This document shows, piece after piece, positions 63,361 through 64,000 of a stretch of 64,000 nucleotides of DNA; position 1 is the stretch's first letter, and every line of letters begins with the position of its first letter. The translations under genes and the position numbers were made by a program. Origin of the DNA: Emiliania huxleyi CCMP1516. Lineage: Eukaryota. Location: assembly GCF_000372725.1 (NCBI RefSeq), contig NW_005201792.1, positions 103,452 to 167,451 of the forward strand. The letters are read 5' to 3'. The notes under the pieces were generated by a model that saw only the letters and a program-made list of their open reading frames with translations, did not search any database and was not told the origin of the DNA.

Positions 63361-63577
63361 CAGCGGAGCTGGGAATAGGACCGCCGCAAGCGGCGTGGCG
63401 TGGGGCGGTTGAGCATCCCTCCGGGGCCCCCTCTGCGCCGGGGAGGCGTTGTTGGAGGCTGGACGCTAGCGTCCTTCGCCTTTTTCAAACTCGGGAGGAC
63501 CCACTCCGCTACGGCAGCCTACGCTCCGACCCGAATTTGGAGGGCCATGAGTTTAAGGTGTTGCTGCGCAAAAGGGG
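63361..63577. repeat. About 215-bp structured dispersed repeat, copy 2 (upstream of the NT-C2/VASt gene)
   Basis: Near-identical to 17935-18140. Confidence 0.9.
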
Positions 63578-64000
63578 CGGGGCGCGGGCGCGCGTACGGC
63601 GGCAGGCCGAGAGCTCTTTTTGGAGATCAGACCTTTCGATGGTTCATGCTTTCTAATGTCTATCTATCATGCTTCATGACACGACACGCGGTGGTGGGAG
63701 CTGGTGGAGCTGTCAGCTGATCGATCCAAGCGGGTGGGGAGTGGGGGGCATGGCTGGGCATGCAGGCCCGCCAGTCGGCCCGGCCTCTGACGTGGTGCTG
63801 CCGCTGCATTCGCTGAAGAAGAGAGGTGCGACTTGATTGGAGGCACTGGAGGCGAAACAAGAGCCGTGGGTTGCGGGCGTCTCTCGCAAGGGCCGACAAA
63901 GAGAGCAGATCGGCCTGACACGTCCCGCACATGTCCCCGTTCACAGTTGAACTAATTCTCACGGCTGTACACTGTTTATTAATCGGCCGTCCGCGAGCCC

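Overview
Very GC-rich, intron-containing eukaryotic nuclear DNA. GC-AG introns, 10-11 bp intronic tandem repeats, a nuclear cbbX and AP2-like repeats point to a haptophyte such as Emiliania/Gephyrocapsa huxleyi (inference). About 17 protein-coding loci can be supported: a Shewanella-like phosphatase, CbbX, a tandem-domain phosphoglycerate mutase, a 2OG-Fe(II) oxygenase, RAB3GAP1, a Rab GTPase, an INO80-like protein, a bacterial-type sulfotransferase-like ORF, a ThDP-enzyme/NRPS-PKS relic, FDXACB1, a multidomain chromatin protein, CCT6, a fibrillin-like protein, TFB5, IFT20, WDR48, a kinesin and an NT-C2/VASt protein. There is also a 408-bp MITE, dispersed repeats, microsatellites and one 100-N gap. 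Two observations stand out. (1) Most introns I could resolve begin with a copy of the start of the NEXT exon, from a perfect 28-bp direct repeat down to decayed copies, followed by repeat filler; several appear to use GA donors. This looks like ongoing intron birth by duplication plus filler. (2) One gene fuses a GREB1/TAGT-like (base-J glucosyltransferase-related) domain with FHA, Tudor, two AP2 and PHD domains, a candidate chromatin-targeted DNA-base glycosylation writer. All gene models and splice sites were inferred by eye and need RNA-seq and HMM confirmation.
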